A program made the translations under genes and the position numbers. The notes under the pieces were generated by a model. That model saw only the letters and a list, made by a program, of their open reading frames with translations, ran no database searches and had not been told where the DNA came from. Of a DNA stretch of 64,000 nt, positions 1 to 12,400 are shown in pieces (within the stretch, counting starts at the first letter, position 1; the number at the start of each line of letters is the position of its first letter). The stretch spans positions 1,612,001 through 1,676,000 of the forward strand of contig CP089276.1 of NCBI GenBank assembly GCA_023920165.1, written 5' to 3'. This stretch comes from Curvularia clavata. Its lineage: Eukaryota.

Positions 1-532
1 GTGCGGTTTGCTTAGGAATGGCTTTCTTGTACTTGCTCCGCTTTTGCACGCGCGCCTTGGGGTCTTGCACACCACCGAAGCTTCCTTGGTGGCCCCCTCG
101 ACCAAAGCCGTGCCCCCGGAAGCCTGGTAAATCCTTTTCTGTGAAGACATATGTGTTCCCTAGCAGTGTGTCGGTGGCTGGTGCAGGGTCTAGCTGGAAG
201 GCGGACGGCAGATTCGACTTTGCACGCCAGCGGTCGTTGAGAAAGATGCGCATCGGCTTTGTTTTGTCGATGCCGCTCGTTGTCGCGAAACCGTAAACCT
301 CTCCGATTTGTATTTGATCGTTGTCATTGCCATCAGCAAGGTCCTCCCACTTGGAAACAGCCTCATATAGCCACGGTGGGATACGCGTAAGCCATATGTC
401 TTTCTCTGGACCATCCTTATTCATGATCATCTCGCCAGTGTCTTCATAGAACTCGTCGTCCATGAAGCCGCCGCCCGGTGTCGATGCGTCTGGGTCCATT
501 TTGACGTCAGGATCCGCTTTTATGCCGTTCAT
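1..532 (-). CDS. TFG2: Transcription initiation factor TFIIF beta subunit (RAP30), 5' part; runs off window start
   Basis: Not in the ORF track. Hand translation from ATG at 532: MNGIKADPDVKMDPD...DEFYEDTGE...IWLTRIPPWLY...NTYVFTEKDLPGF...YKKAIPKQTA, typical of the fungal TFIIF-beta N-terminal domain. Confidence 0.85.
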   Translation of the reverse strand, partial: MNGIKADPDVKMDPDASTPGGGFMDDEFYEDTGEMIMNKDGPEKDIWLTRIPPWLYEAVSKWEDLADGNDNDQIQIGEVYGFATTSGIDKTKPMRIFLNDRWRAKSNLPSAFQLDPAPATDTLLGNTYVFTEKDLPGFRGHGFGRGGHQGSFGGVQDPKARVQKRSKYKKAIPKQTA

Positions 533-1128
533 GGCGACGAGTAGAAGCTGAACAGTGGGAGGATAAAGTCGTGGGTCAAATACGTGCGATGGAGGCAGTG
601 AGGTGTAGATGGGATGATGAAAGGCAGCAGGCCGCCCATGGTTAGCTCGTTCCTGGCGCGCGCGCGCATTAGCGTGCCAAGATCGTTATCGATAATACAG
701 AGTCGAGCACTCTCACCACAACTAGCGACACCAGAAAATGGCGACCTAGTAAAGGAGCTGTTTTCAAAAGTAGCTGTAGCTGTCAGAGTCATTTGTTAAT
801 TAATACGCTCTTAATACTCACGTCTTTAATTTTGAAAGTAACTGTACTTGTGACAGATGTTTATTCATGTTGATGGCATGTCTTTGTAGTGAGCTTGTCT
901 TGACGTTTCGGTTTTAGCCTCGCGCTTGCCCCAGCTGCCCCACGTCTGCTGCCTGCCACCTCTATCGCAGGCGTCATCTTGATCTTCTCTCGCAATACGA
1001 GTGCTGTCAACAAACACATTCCTTTGTCCTTCCATGTACTTTGAACCAGAGCCGGTGTATTGACGACTATCCACACCCCTAACGGCGCTAATCCATCACA
1101 ATTGATTACGCTTGCCCCTCCCCAAGCC

Positions 1129-2382
1129 ATGGCCTCGCAAGCTGTCACCACTGCTTTACAGCAGATCGAGACAGCACCCATTAGCGAAAAGCCCTCCCAG
1201 TATACCGCTCTTCTCCAACAGATTATTGAGTCATCGACCAATGTGGCTGTCGACCTCAAAGCATATGCACAAACTCTCCTCGACGATTCGCTCGGCATAG
1301 TGGTGCTTAGACCACTTCTTGCTACCTTCGTGGACGCTTTCCGGACACTCAAGGATCCAGATGCTAAGATAGAGATTGGAGAAACTGTCATCACACTCCT
1401 GCAATCCAAGGGTGCAGGGCAGTATGAAGAGCAGGACACGCAGATCAAGCAAGCACTGGCGGATGCTTTCGAAGAAAATGAGGACTACAGGCGGTCTGCG
1501 CAGACACTCGCTACCATCAACCTAGAGTCCACCCAGAAGTCTGTCACTCCCGATGAAAAGGCCAAGGTATGGATCCGGATAGTGCGGTGCTATTTGGAAG
1601 AGGACGACCCGACAAGCGCGTACACCCATCTCAACAAGATCAAAAACATTATTTTCAGTGTCCAGGATAAGGCTACCAAAGTCATGTTCCACCTTAGCCA
1701 AGCCCGAATACTTGACTCGCAGCGTTCATTCCTCGACGCTGCACAAGCGTACTATGGCATAAGTAATGAGCCAATGGTGGACAGTGAAGAACGAGATGGG
1801 TTCCTTGGAAGGGCCATCATCTGCACTGTCCTCGCGCCAGCAGGTCCTCAGCGAGGGAAGATGTTGGCCAAACTGTACAAAGACGACCGAGCTAGTTCCG
1901 CTGATGACTTCCCAATCTTGGAAAAGATCTTTTTGAACCGTCTGCTCACACCTGCCGAGATCAAAGCTTTCTCTGCTAAACTCGATCCCCACCACCTCGC
2001 ACGGGGCTCGGATGGCTTGACAGTGCTGGACAAGGCTATTCTCGAACACAATCTGGTCGGTGCCTCAAAGCTCTACAACAACATTGGGTTCGACCAGCTT
2101 GGCGAGCTGCTCGGCATTGATGCAGAAAAGGCAGAAGACTACGCGGCCAAGATGCTGGAGCAAGGTCGTCTTGCTGGATACATTGATCAAATTGATCGTT
2201 ATGTCTTCTTCGAGGGAGAAGCTAGTGGCGAGCGAAAGACAGGCCATGCAGAGCGAGTAGTGGGTAAGGAGCTGCGCAAATGGGACGCCAACGTCACGGG
2301 ACTAGCAGAGGAGGTGGAGAAGGTCACTTCAATGATTCAGAATCAACACCCAGACTTTTACGCGGCACAGGTGGTACACTAG
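1129..2382 (+). CDS. CSN4: COP9 signalosome subunit 4 (PCI domain), intronless
   Basis: ORF 1060..2382, first ATG 1129 (MASQAV). Motifs ICTVLAPAGPQR, LYKDDR, LEHNLVGASKLYNNIGFDQLGELLGI...GYIDQID. Confidence 0.93.
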   Translation: MASQAVTTALQQIETAPISEKPSQYTALLQQIIESSTNVAVDLKAYAQTLLDDSLGIVVLRPLLATFVDAFRTLKDPDAKIEIGETVITLLQSKGAGQYEEQDTQIKQALADAFEENEDYRRSAQTLATINLESTQKSVTPDEKAKVWIRIVRCYLEEDDPTSAYTHLNKIKNIIFSVQDKATKVMFHLSQARILDSQRSFLDAAQAYYGISNEPMVDSEERDGFLGRAIICTVLAPAGPQRGKMLAKLYKDDRASSADDFPILEKIFLNRLLTPAEIKAFSAKLDPHHLARGSDGLTVLDKAILEHNLVGASKLYNNIGFDQLGELLGIDAEKAEDYAAKMLEQGRLAGYIDQIDRYVFFEGEASGERKTGHAERVVGKELRKWDANVTGLAEEVEKVTSMIQNQHPDFYAAQVVH

Positions 2383-2588
2383 AAAACGAAAATCCAAACA
2401 GTAGTAAGATTGGTCAGGAATAGTTGAAGCATGATTGGCGTACGGAATCACTTATACCCATATGTATACACAGAACGTGCTATCGAGACTTAATGAGTGA
2501 GAATATCAGATGCGTTCTTGTTCTCAAAAACACAAGACCAGTTTCCGCATTCCTACTACTACTTTCACTGTGGGCAAAAAAAGGGCAA

Positions 2589-2825
2589 AAAACCAAGCCA
2601 TCAAACTTTATCAAGCCGTCGACTCATCTGTGCCTCCGTTGCCCGACGTCTGTCTTCCGGATCGAACACTGTTGAGAATCAAACTCTAGTTCTACGGCCG
2701 ACAGACGCTCCCCTAGCGAGCAACCCAGTTCTAGTCATAGTGCTAACCACTATGGAACTATTATTGCTAGGGGACCCACCCAGTGAAGTAAGACGAGTGA
2801 CGCTTGATAGAAAGACGAGGGTTTT
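2589..2825 (-). ncRNA. Putative structured non-coding RNA (long rod closing two hairpins), family unassigned
   Basis: Nested complementary segments 2609-2616/2802-2809, 2622-2629/2791-2798, 2647-2654/2700-2707, 2709-2717/2766-2774, 2736-2742/2748-2754; T6 and T7 tracts follow on the minus strand. Strand is tentative. Confidence 0.4.
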
Positions 2826-3377
2826 ACATATATATATATACTCAAAGAGATATGCTGGCTGGTAGCGGCGGTGGTGAAGAGGTGGGCTTGTTTGTTTGCT
2901 TGTTTGTGTTTGACGTCCGCATAATAACCTTCTATAGGGCACGCGGATGGACGAAGCCTAGGGTTTACAAAAGTGACTCACTGTCCAGTTAAGCCTACGA
3001 TCGATATAGGGGTGTGCGGTTTGTCTAATCATTATCTTGCCGCTCTTGCTTTGATCAGGTGGTACTTTTCGCCATGTCTTGGGTAGCTCATGTATGCAAC
3101 ATGTGTGCCTCGTGATCCTACACCTGCCTTTTTATCTGTGCACTGTCTTGCCTTGTTTTGGAATCTCATTTCCGATTGTTTCATTTGTTTTCAGCATTTG
3201 CTACACCACTGACCTTGGCAGTCTCTTAGTTGAATATCCCGATTTGTTCCCATTGAGTTGGTTACTATGCATTCTCCTGGGTTTAGTATCAACACATAAT
3301 ATACAATCAAGGACTCGTCATTAGGGCGTTGCAACGTGGCGCCTTTCAACGGACAACGAAACCCTTCGCCCACACCA

Positions 3378-4121
3378 CTATTGTACACTTTTTTCTCCGC
3401 CCTCTTGCGCCAGAATTGCCTCATACTCCTCCAGACTCGTAACATCTAAATCACTGATCTTCAAAACCGTGTAGTGGTGTTTGCTCTTGACATGCTTGAC
3501 GTGTCTCCGCCGCCTCTTTGTCTTCTCCTCGACTCGCAATGGCTCGCTCTCGACGCCCACAACCCGTGCTCTGCAGGTGAACAACCGCTCATCCAAGTAG
3601 TATACCTTCTTCCCTTGTTCAGAAGTTCCCTTCACCGCCTCTGGGGCTTTCAACGTGTAGTCTCGTGATCCAATGTGCGTGGCGCGGTTGAGACGCAGGA
3701 TATCGCCAGGCTGTACGTTTGGCATTTGGAATGGGAGGCGCAGGGTATCGCCGCGGGTGAGAAGGTAGGGTCTTCCATGCAGATGTACAGTTATGTAGTG
3801 TGCTGGTTGTGTCTGTAGAAGTGGGAGGAGGGTTCGGATGGAGGGCGTAAGGGTCTTGGAGACAATATCTGAGCGGGCATGTGGTGATGCTTTGATAGGA
3901 GTAGCGGGCTTGGTTGCGTGTTCTGGCAATGGCTGAGGTGCCTTGGAGCGCTCCTTGGCCTCCTGTGATATGCGGTGGCCGGATTGGATGAGCGGCTCTG
4001 GTGTATTTGATGTGTCGAGGTTGTGCGATACTGTCGTTATTCCTGCGCGGAAAATCGCCGGCTGAATTATTGGTCTCGACTCTAATAGGACGCTCCGTGC
4101 AGTGCGAGCAAGCAGCGCCAT
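3378..4121 (-). CDS. MRPL49: Mitochondrial ribosomal protein bL21m
   Basis: 247-aa ORF with Arg/Ala-rich presequence-like N-terminus and L21 domain (YITVHLHGRPYLLTRGD...IGSRDYTLK...EEKTKRRRRHVKHVKSKHHYTVLKI). Confidence 0.88.
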   Translation of the reverse strand: MALLARTARSVLLESRPIIQPAIFRAGITTVSHNLDTSNTPEPLIQSGHRISQEAKERSKAPQPLPEHATKPATPIKASPHARSDIVSKTLTPSIRTLLPLLQTQPAHYITVHLHGRPYLLTRGDTLRLPFQMPNVQPGDILRLNRATHIGSRDYTLKAPEAVKGTSEQGKKVYYLDERLFTCRARVVGVESEPLRVEEKTKRRRRHVKHVKSKHHYTVLKISDLDVTSLEEYEAILAQEGGEKSVQ

Positions 4122-4349
4122 TTTTGCGTCTTGAGCGAGTCACAATGGCTGCAAGAGTGCTGGGGGATTGGATAGATTCTTGGTGGTTGCGGAGGTCCGC
4201 TGTTGAAGATTCCCGCATGGCGGCGCGCTAGTGGGGGCTAGCGTCGAACTTTTTGGAGGCAAGTTGCGCTCGCTGTTGTAGGGCGGCTTAACTCCACTCC
4301 ACTCCACTCTACCCTACCCTTCGACAGCCAGCACAGAGAGGTAGTTACC

Positions 4350-5580
4350 ATGCCTCAGAACGAGTATATCGAGCGCTTTACGAAGCAGTACGTCCATGCC
4401 CACCGCCCATGCCGCCACCTCGCCTGTCCGTTGGCGCTAGCGCATCGCAAATATCGACGCTGCACCACCTGGCAAACGAAGCATCTGGCTAACAGCTCCA
4501 TCCTAGGCACGGAAAGCGCTTCGATCACGATGAGCGCCAACGTAAGAAGGAGGCTCGTGAGGGTCACAATGCATCCAAGAAGGCCCAGAATCTGCGTGGA
4601 TTGAGGGCGAAGCAATATGCCGAGAAGCGCAGAAAGGAGAAGATTCAGATGAAGCAGAAGATTCGCGCCCACGAGCAGCGGAACGTCAAGTCGAACGAGG
4701 CTCCCGAGCCCGCTACCGAGGCGCTGCCTTCCTACCTTTTGGACCGCTCCAACGAAAAGAATGCCAAGGCTTTGTCTTCAGCCATTAAGCAGAAGCGTTA
4801 GTCAACCATACGGATCAACTGCACGCATGTGCTGACACTATGCGTAGGAAACGAAAAGGCTGCCAGGTTCTCTGTGCCGCTCCCCAAGGTCAAGGGTATC
4901 TCTGAGGAAGAGGTAAGGCACCTTATTGTACTAGACAAATGGCCGACATGCGCTGACTTTGTACCAATCTAGATGTTCAGCGTCGTCAAGACGGGTAAGA
5001 AGACAAAGAAGAAGTCTTGGAAGAGGATGATCACCAAGCCAACCTTTGTTGGTCCCGGCTTCACTCGTCGACCTGTCAAATACGAGGTTTGTAATTATAA
5101 CTTGACGCACAAGATGCACACTAACACTGGTTCCAGCGCTTCATCAGGCCCATGGGATTGCGTTACAAGAAGGCAAACGTCACGCACCCTGAACTTAACG
5201 TGACGGTCCAGCTGCCTATTATGTATGCATTTCAACCCGCATGAAAAACTGACAATATGCTAACAGCCACATAGTTCGGTTAAGAAGAACCCACAGCAAC
5301 CATTGTATACTCAGTTGGGTGTCGTATGTCTCATCAGCCTCTTTTCTACAAGCCACATGATACTAACGGAAAACAGTTGACTAAGGGTACCATCATCGAA
5401 GTAAATGTTTCTGAACTCGGTCTCGTGACGGCTGGAGGAAAGGTTGTCTGGGGTCGCTACGCTCAGTACGTTGACGTTCCTATTAAGATTTGCCATGCGT
5501 CGAAGACTAACACATTCACTCGCAGAATTACCAACAACCCCGAAAACGACGGCTGCCTGAACGCCGTTCTGCTCGTCTAA
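4350..5580 (+). CDS. NSA2: Ribosome biogenesis protein Nsa2, about 7 introns
   Basis: MPQNEYIE...[10 protein letters not shown]...[25 protein letters not shown]...[50 protein letters not shown] introns with CTAAC/CTGAC branch sites join the frames. Confidence 0.96.
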
Positions 5581-6366
5581 GCTTTGCTCGAACGCAAAAA
5601 TGTGCATTTGACGGCGTTGAGGGTTTGGTCCTGTCACATGATTCGAAGGCGTTGAGGCGATCACACGTACACACAAGATCTTTTGGAAGATATAGGAAAA
5701 CTTGCCAGGACGAAGAGGTCGATGATGCAGGGTGTAGAAAAAGAAAAGGAAACAAGGAAATCAGAAAAGAAATGCTAATTCTTGCCATGGGAGAAGAAGA
5801 ATGATGATGATACCATAGCTGAAACAACGTAGACGCTCCAACGCAACTAGCACATCATTGAGTACAATGAAGAAGGATTATGAAAGACCACTTTGTTACT
5901 AAGAAGAAAATACAAGCGCACTTGCAACTTCACTCGTACTCGTATGAACACATACAAAAAGTGCCAAGCCAAAGACGGTGTCTACATTTCTCCGCTTGTA
6001 CGAAGAAAAGCACTCACAACAAAAAAAAGTCTATACAAACACTCGTATTTGCAACAGGATAAAAAAACATAAGAATCAAATGCTTAGTGCACGCTCATGC
6101 TCATCATGGTATCATCCCACACATTTCCCTATCCTTTCTTTGTGCAAAGCTACCTGCCCTTCCCAGCTTTGCTACAATTCGAATAAAAACAACAACGTAC
6201 AAAAAGAATGCGAATACCATATGGATTAGCAACAGTGAGAAGAAAAGAGGAAGAAAAAAAGTGTGTGCAGTGGAAGAAAAAGAGGTGTGGAAAGATGGTG
6301 AGGAAGGGTCCTGCTCCGACCACCCACCCTTTTCCAATCCCAAAAGAACATCTACAGTGACAAACG

Positions 6367-8393
6367 TCACACAACAACACTGCTCAAATCGACATTACGT
6401 CTGCGGCGCGCAACCTCACCGGCTGTGGCTCTGCCGCCGCCTGTCCGCAGCAACGCATCGTCGTCGACCCAATCCGTCGTAATGTCATCCCAAACAGCGT
6501 GGTCAAGAGACTTCCTTCTCGCCGTCCTATCCGCCCACCCCGCACGCTCAAGTTCGATGATTCCACCGAAGCGCTTCTCGCCGTTTGCCACGAAAAGAGA
6601 CTGACCGTCAGGCGTGAAGGCAGCGCCACCAATAGGACCAAAAAAATCAAAGACTTGTTTCGAGTCCCAGGTCTGCGCGTTGATGACGTTGACGTAGTCG
6701 TCTGCTTCAGCGGCAACGAGGACGCGGGGGCCGGAACCCAGAGGCGAGAAATGCAGGGAGCGAGGAACGGCGAGTTCGCTTTTCATGACGGCGAGGGGAT
6801 CGCGCCAGGAGCGGGCGTCCCATACGACAATGGTGGAGTCCTGTGCTGCGGTCGCGACGTGGATGCCGTCGTCGGCCCATGCGCAGGCAAAGGCGTCGTC
6901 GGCGTGCGTGTTGAGAGTCTCGAATGCTTGGCCTGTTTCGGCGTTTGTGATGAGGGTTTCTTGGAAATCACCGACTACGACGCGCATTCGGCCGTTGGGG
7001 GAAGTGGCGGAGCAGTTGACAGCTGCGGAGTAGACGAACGTGTTGGTGAATGTATTCGTGGCGCAGTCTAGAATACGGAGGTGGTGGTCGTTTGAACAGA
7101 GGGCGGCCTGGGGGGAATAGGTCTGCCGTGAAGAGAAGAGATGCATATGGTTGACAATCCGGGATTTGGTGTCTGTGGAAAAGTCTGTGGTCCGGCCAAA
7201 AGTACATGGAGATCCGTATGTCGAGGATAGGTCGGTGATGGAGTACTCGCCTTCGAAAGCACCAGCCACCAAGACATTGTCCTGAGAAGCAATAGTCGTC
7301 ACCGAGCCGTCGAGAGCTATGCGCTTGCTGAGGTCTACAATGACATCCGCAGGGGTTCCTTCGGCATCTGTACGGTACACACGATGGCCATAGGCGTAGT
7401 AGATGTCATTGCGAGACGTGACTGTCAACACGTTCCGCAATTGGAAGTGAGGAACGAATATGCGGGGAGCGGTGTTGATTCTTGCAAACTTGAAGAAGGC
7501 GTCTGTATTGGGCGTAGGAGCTATACTCTGGAACGTGTTAGGCAAGATCATGAGACAGTAAAGAGCTCTGGTACCTTTCGCACTTGCTTCAAACCAGGCG
7601 ACAGCTTTGCGCTCTCAAACTCAAATCGTGCCTTTCGTACAGCCGAGCGCATTGTCTTGCGCACCTCCCAGTCAATACCTTGGAAGTCAAAGCGGTCGCA
7701 TCGGAGGTCATTCTGGGTGATGGCCTTGGGAACATGGATAAGGTCTAGGCCAGGCACGATCGCCTTGTCAGGGTTGAAGTAATGGTGGAAGTAGGAGGTG
7801 ATGGGGCAGAATGCACCCTTGTCCTGGATACTCAAGTGTGGTTCGTTGAGTGTGGGTGGCGGCTCAAGTGCAGGGTCTCCACTGGACAGATGGTTCATGA
7901 AGACCGGGGGCACAGGTACGTGGGTGGCGGACGTGTGATGAGGCGTGCTGGATGCGTCGAATATGTCGAAGGGGTGGTATGCGACGTAGGCGGGGTGGGC
8001 TTGGGATATGAAATCTTGCATGTGCATGTCGACTGCCATGTCTTCCGGGTCCTGCTCTTGCCCTAGGCCACCCGTCTCGTGCGACTGAAATGGCATGGCT
8101 TCCTCCATGAATTGCTGGTAGTCTGCTAGCGATATCCCTCCGCTCTCGTCATCGTCGTCATCGTCGTCGTCGTCTTGGGCGTCTTCTCCAGCCGTGGCGA
8201 CGTCGTCGGCATGGTCAGCATGGCCGGTGAGCGAACTGTTGTCGGACAGAGTCGCGAGGGTCACAGCAGCGGCCAGGGCGTCGGGCGAGTGAGGACAGTC
8301 ACCAGGGGCTGGGTGGGCGTGCGGCGGCGTTGTTGCATCTGTCGTGGTGAAGTGTGGCGCGGTCCAGTCGTCGTGGGCGTGCGTGCTGGCCAT
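6367..8393 (-). CDS. WD40-repeat protein (DUF2415-type) with acidic N-terminus, one intron ~7529-7575
   Basis: ORF 7548..8612 (ATG 8393, D-FQGIDW motif) spliced to ORF 6367..7551 (HFQLRNVL, AVNCSATSPNGRMRVVVGD, HADDAFACAWADDGIHVATAAQDSTIVVWDAR). Confidence 0.8.
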
Positions 8394-9486
8394 CGACGCC
8401 CGCTGTCGGCGAGATCGCCAGCGTCGCGGGGCCGCCCAGGCAGTGATATGGGGAGGTGGTGCTGTCGTCGGGGGGGCGCTGCGGCGCAACGGCGGAGGTA
8501 TATACAGACGCTCAAGGGTGTGTGTGTGGGAGACCGAGAGGGAGGCGACTAGGCCGAAGCATACCTGAAGCTCGGCACAGTCAGAAGTGCCAGAGGGAAG
8601 ATAACGAGCCAATGTATGCCCACGGGTTAATACCGTTGCTCCGCGGCCTGGACTAGAGCTGCCCTACCCCAGCCAAAAGTGTGGGGTTGCCAGGACGCTG
8701 CTGTCTGCCATCCATGCATGCATGCATGCATGCACAATTATCGTATCCTCAATACTCTCCTCCACCCCGCAGCCCTCTCCCCATGCTACATGTTCGCTCA
8801 GGCAGGGCCCAGTAGTCGCCGACGTGCCCCGCGAACCGTCGTACAACACGCATGGCACTGCCAACACGGCTGCCGTTCACGAGCCAGAGCCCAGACAACG
8901 AGAATGCAGTGTCCACTGCCCGTCGCACAGCCATACACGCACGCCGCCCGCCCTCTTGTCAGGCCTCTTTTGGGATACAGAAGAGCGACGCCACCACCGC
9001 TGTCAAACGGTCGCACGGCTAAAGTTCCCAACATATCAAGACGCTTTGGTACAAAGAGAAGGGTGCTGGCAGTCCACGACAGAAAGCCACCACACGGCGT
9101 CTGACAGGGCCGTCCAAACGGCCTTTATAGACTCGAAACCACGAAACCCACCCGACACAATGAATGCGACAACAAAAATCGTATTGGAAAACACCTCGTC
9201 ATGGCGACTGTTTGTATTTTGGTAAAAGCTGACATTGCGCGGGTTCAGCGTATGTATATTACTTACTACTAATATGTAGGGTCTCTTGACTGCAGAAACG
9301 CAAAGTGGGAATCTTCAAAAAATCAACAACAACGACGATATTCCCCTGAACAATCATACACATGGCGCGGATAAGAATAACCCTCCAGACAATGCAGCAG
9401 GCAACGTGGTACAAATATGCACTTTTCCCTTGCTCACTGCGTCGGCTACGCAGCGGCCACTTCCTTCGCTACATGACGCTACTAAA

Positions 9487-12400
9487 TCAATTGTCATAGT
9501 ACTGGTCGTACCCCTGCTGCTGCTGATGCTGTGCCCATCCGCCAGCCGAAGTCGCCGCTGGTGTTTTGAGTCTCCGCTCTGTACTCATTGTTAGTGACGG
9601 CATCATCCCAAAAACCTGTGTGTACCTTACCTGCTTCAAAATCGCGCCACCTGCGCATCGTAATCTTGCTGCTGTCGAACTCGCCTTCGTACTCCAAGCC
9701 AGCCTTTTTGGTCGTTTCGCCGGCCGTCTTTCGTGTGTCACCCCAGCTGAAGTCGTCAAACTTCCAGAATGCATATGTTGGGAGAACAAAATTCCAAACG
9801 GGCAGTGACAGCAGGTAGACAAACATCCAGGCAACGTAGGACCAGCGGTGCGCAGTAATAATGATGAGAACTGCAGGTAAACCAAGAATGAGCGCTAGAA
9901 GTATCAGAGGAATGACGGGCGCCGCAGTGTGAAGAACAGCGGCTTTGATAGAAATGGCGACTAGGCGTGGTTAGCAGAGCAAAGGATGGACAGGGAAAAC
10001 GTGAAAGCTTACTGAGGTAAAATGTGAAGGCGATGGCGGCGGGTAGGACCAGAGTGCCAATCAGCTCGATGAAGACGACAAACTGCATACTGAAGCAGAA
10101 AGTACCACACAAGTCGCGTACCAGTACCAACTCCATTAGGTTGTGGACAGTACTATTGATCCATCGTCTACGTTGGGACAACAAGACCTTGAACTCATCC
10201 GGTACCGTGGTTTTGCAGACAGCCTGAGGCACAAAGACCTGTTTGCGCTTGGGGAAGGTCTTGAGCATGAGGGTTGACAGGTAACGATCCTCACCCAACA
10301 ACAACAGATTCTTCTTGTGCAGTGTGTCCACCACATTCTCCGAGTAGTGCTCGACAACATCGGGGTTGGCGAGAATGGGAACCCAGTAGTTCTGACCGCC
10401 CTTGGGTGCCTTGATGCGGTACATGCAGAAACATCCCGGTAGACAAGTAACACCACCAAAGACGGACTCGAAGGACTTGGCCAGATGGTGGGAGATGAAG
10501 TACTCAAACACCTGAATCATGGAGACCCACGAATCACGCTTGTTGGCAATCTTGGTCTCACCGCAGAGTCCCATGATGTCCGGGTCCTTTACCATGGCGG
10601 AGATCATGTGAGTCAAACTGTCGGGGAAGACCTTGGTGTCGGCGTCTACCATGAGCACTATCTCATAAAAGTCGGGAGAGATGCCAGTGATTTTCCAGAT
10701 ACCGTTGAACATTTCAAACTCGAGTTCGGTCATGCGCTCGTCGAACATTACCTTTTGCAAAAACGACATGAGAATGATTTGACTGTCTCGCTTTCCACGG
10801 TTACCGGGCTTTGACTTTTTGGCTTCATCGGGGGTACCGCACTTGACAACCAGCATCATGGGGACGCGTTGCTGCTTCGAAACAGGGATACGAGTGGTCT
10901 CGCCATAGTCATAGAAGCCCGAGTAGATCTTGGCCATGTTGTGGCGCTTGGAACCACTGGCGACGGCGACATACGAATAGGCCTGAACTTCGTGAGGCAA
11001 GACTGCGTGATCCTTCATCATGCCAAGACAGACTTCGGGTGTTGTCATGTCTTCTCCGTGACCCTTGATCATACCGTCGCAAATAACGAGGATTAGCTTG
11101 TGGCTGTTGGGGTAATCGGTCGTGGCAATGGAATCAAGTGTAGTTCGCAGACCTTCGGGACCTTCAGAGTAAGCAGTGACCAAGCAAATAGTGTGAGCCA
11201 AGGGGTATCCAAATGGCTGCCACTCGGGAGGAGGCTGGGGTACGACGGCCTCGTGAGTAAATCCTGAGGGTCCTGAGCCTTCGATGCTGGAATGGCGGTT
11301 GGTTTCAGTGGTGCCGGAGAAGTACATGTCAGACTCCTGTGAGTTGATTTGGGTGCTGTTTTTGCCGTCGACGGTGAGAGAACCGCTGGCATTCAGTTGT
11401 CTGTACATGGGGCCAGAGGATCCAAGCAGACGAGAGGCGGCGCTTTGACTCGTCATGGTGGTCGGTGGAGCACGGGTCTTGGTGTTCTTATCAACAGAGT
11501 ACGGGCTGGTGAACCTGGATGTGGCCGGCAAGAAACTGCCGCGTTTGGCGGTGCGATCGGAGCCGGAGACCGACTCCAAGAGCTTTGGTGGTGGGCGGTA
11601 GATGTCGTCACTCCATTCTTCAATCTGCTGCTTTCGTTTTTTCGAGTCGACTGGGCCCAGAGATGTCTTTGTGGCAGCAAACTTCTTACTGATGAACCAC
11701 TGGAAAATCAAGGCGAGGATGAACTTTGCTACGACAACGGCCAAAATGAAGACTAGCGAGACATAGAGAACCACCTTGGAGGCGATGCAGCCAATGCTTT
11801 CAGTGTCGATGGAGCCGACTTTGATGATTTCGGTAAAGCATCGCGCAACCTGCTTCTCGTAGCTTGAAGAGAATGCGCGCGTGACATCTACACCGCGAAC
11901 AGCCGGGTTTTGGCGGATCTCGTCGAAGATGGGTGGGATCTCAACCTGCGTGCGGTTGAACCAATCAAGCAAGTTCAAGTCGAGCACATCACCACCCCAG
12001 ACCATGAGGTTTCTGGATGTGTTGCGAATGTCTTCCCAGGTGAAGTAGACATCACCAGCGTCCTTCAGGCCGTAGTATGCCTTGCGAGCCGCGTCTGAAG
12101 TGTGGCACATGTAACCATTGTACTCGAGAAATGTCGTATTGGGCTTGGAAGAACCGTCCTGGTTGAAGAGGCGGCATGGGAAATACCAGGCCATGTCTCC
12201 GCCTTCAGTCGAGGGGATGCCGGAGTTTGGCTTTTCCTTGATGAGTCCCTTGCAGGCGCCATTGACATTTTGGAAGAGGAAACTGGCATCTTGACCGCCG
12301 TGCTTCTCGGGAAGGTCAAAGAGAACATTGGCGTTGTTGGGAATGCCACGGGCGCGGGGATGTTTGGACTCGGCAAGATCAAAGGCTTCGCCGTGGATGA

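Noticed and set aside
2589..3300. Structured element as telomerase RNA, SRP RNA or tRNA
   Set aside because: No TAACCCTAA template (only TAAACCCTAG); no fungal SRP Alu GCTGTAATGGC or helix-8 motif; the D-loop-like and T-loop-like words do not form a cloverleaf.
8713..8732. (CATG)n run
   Set aside because: Simple microsatellite, self-complementary by composition.
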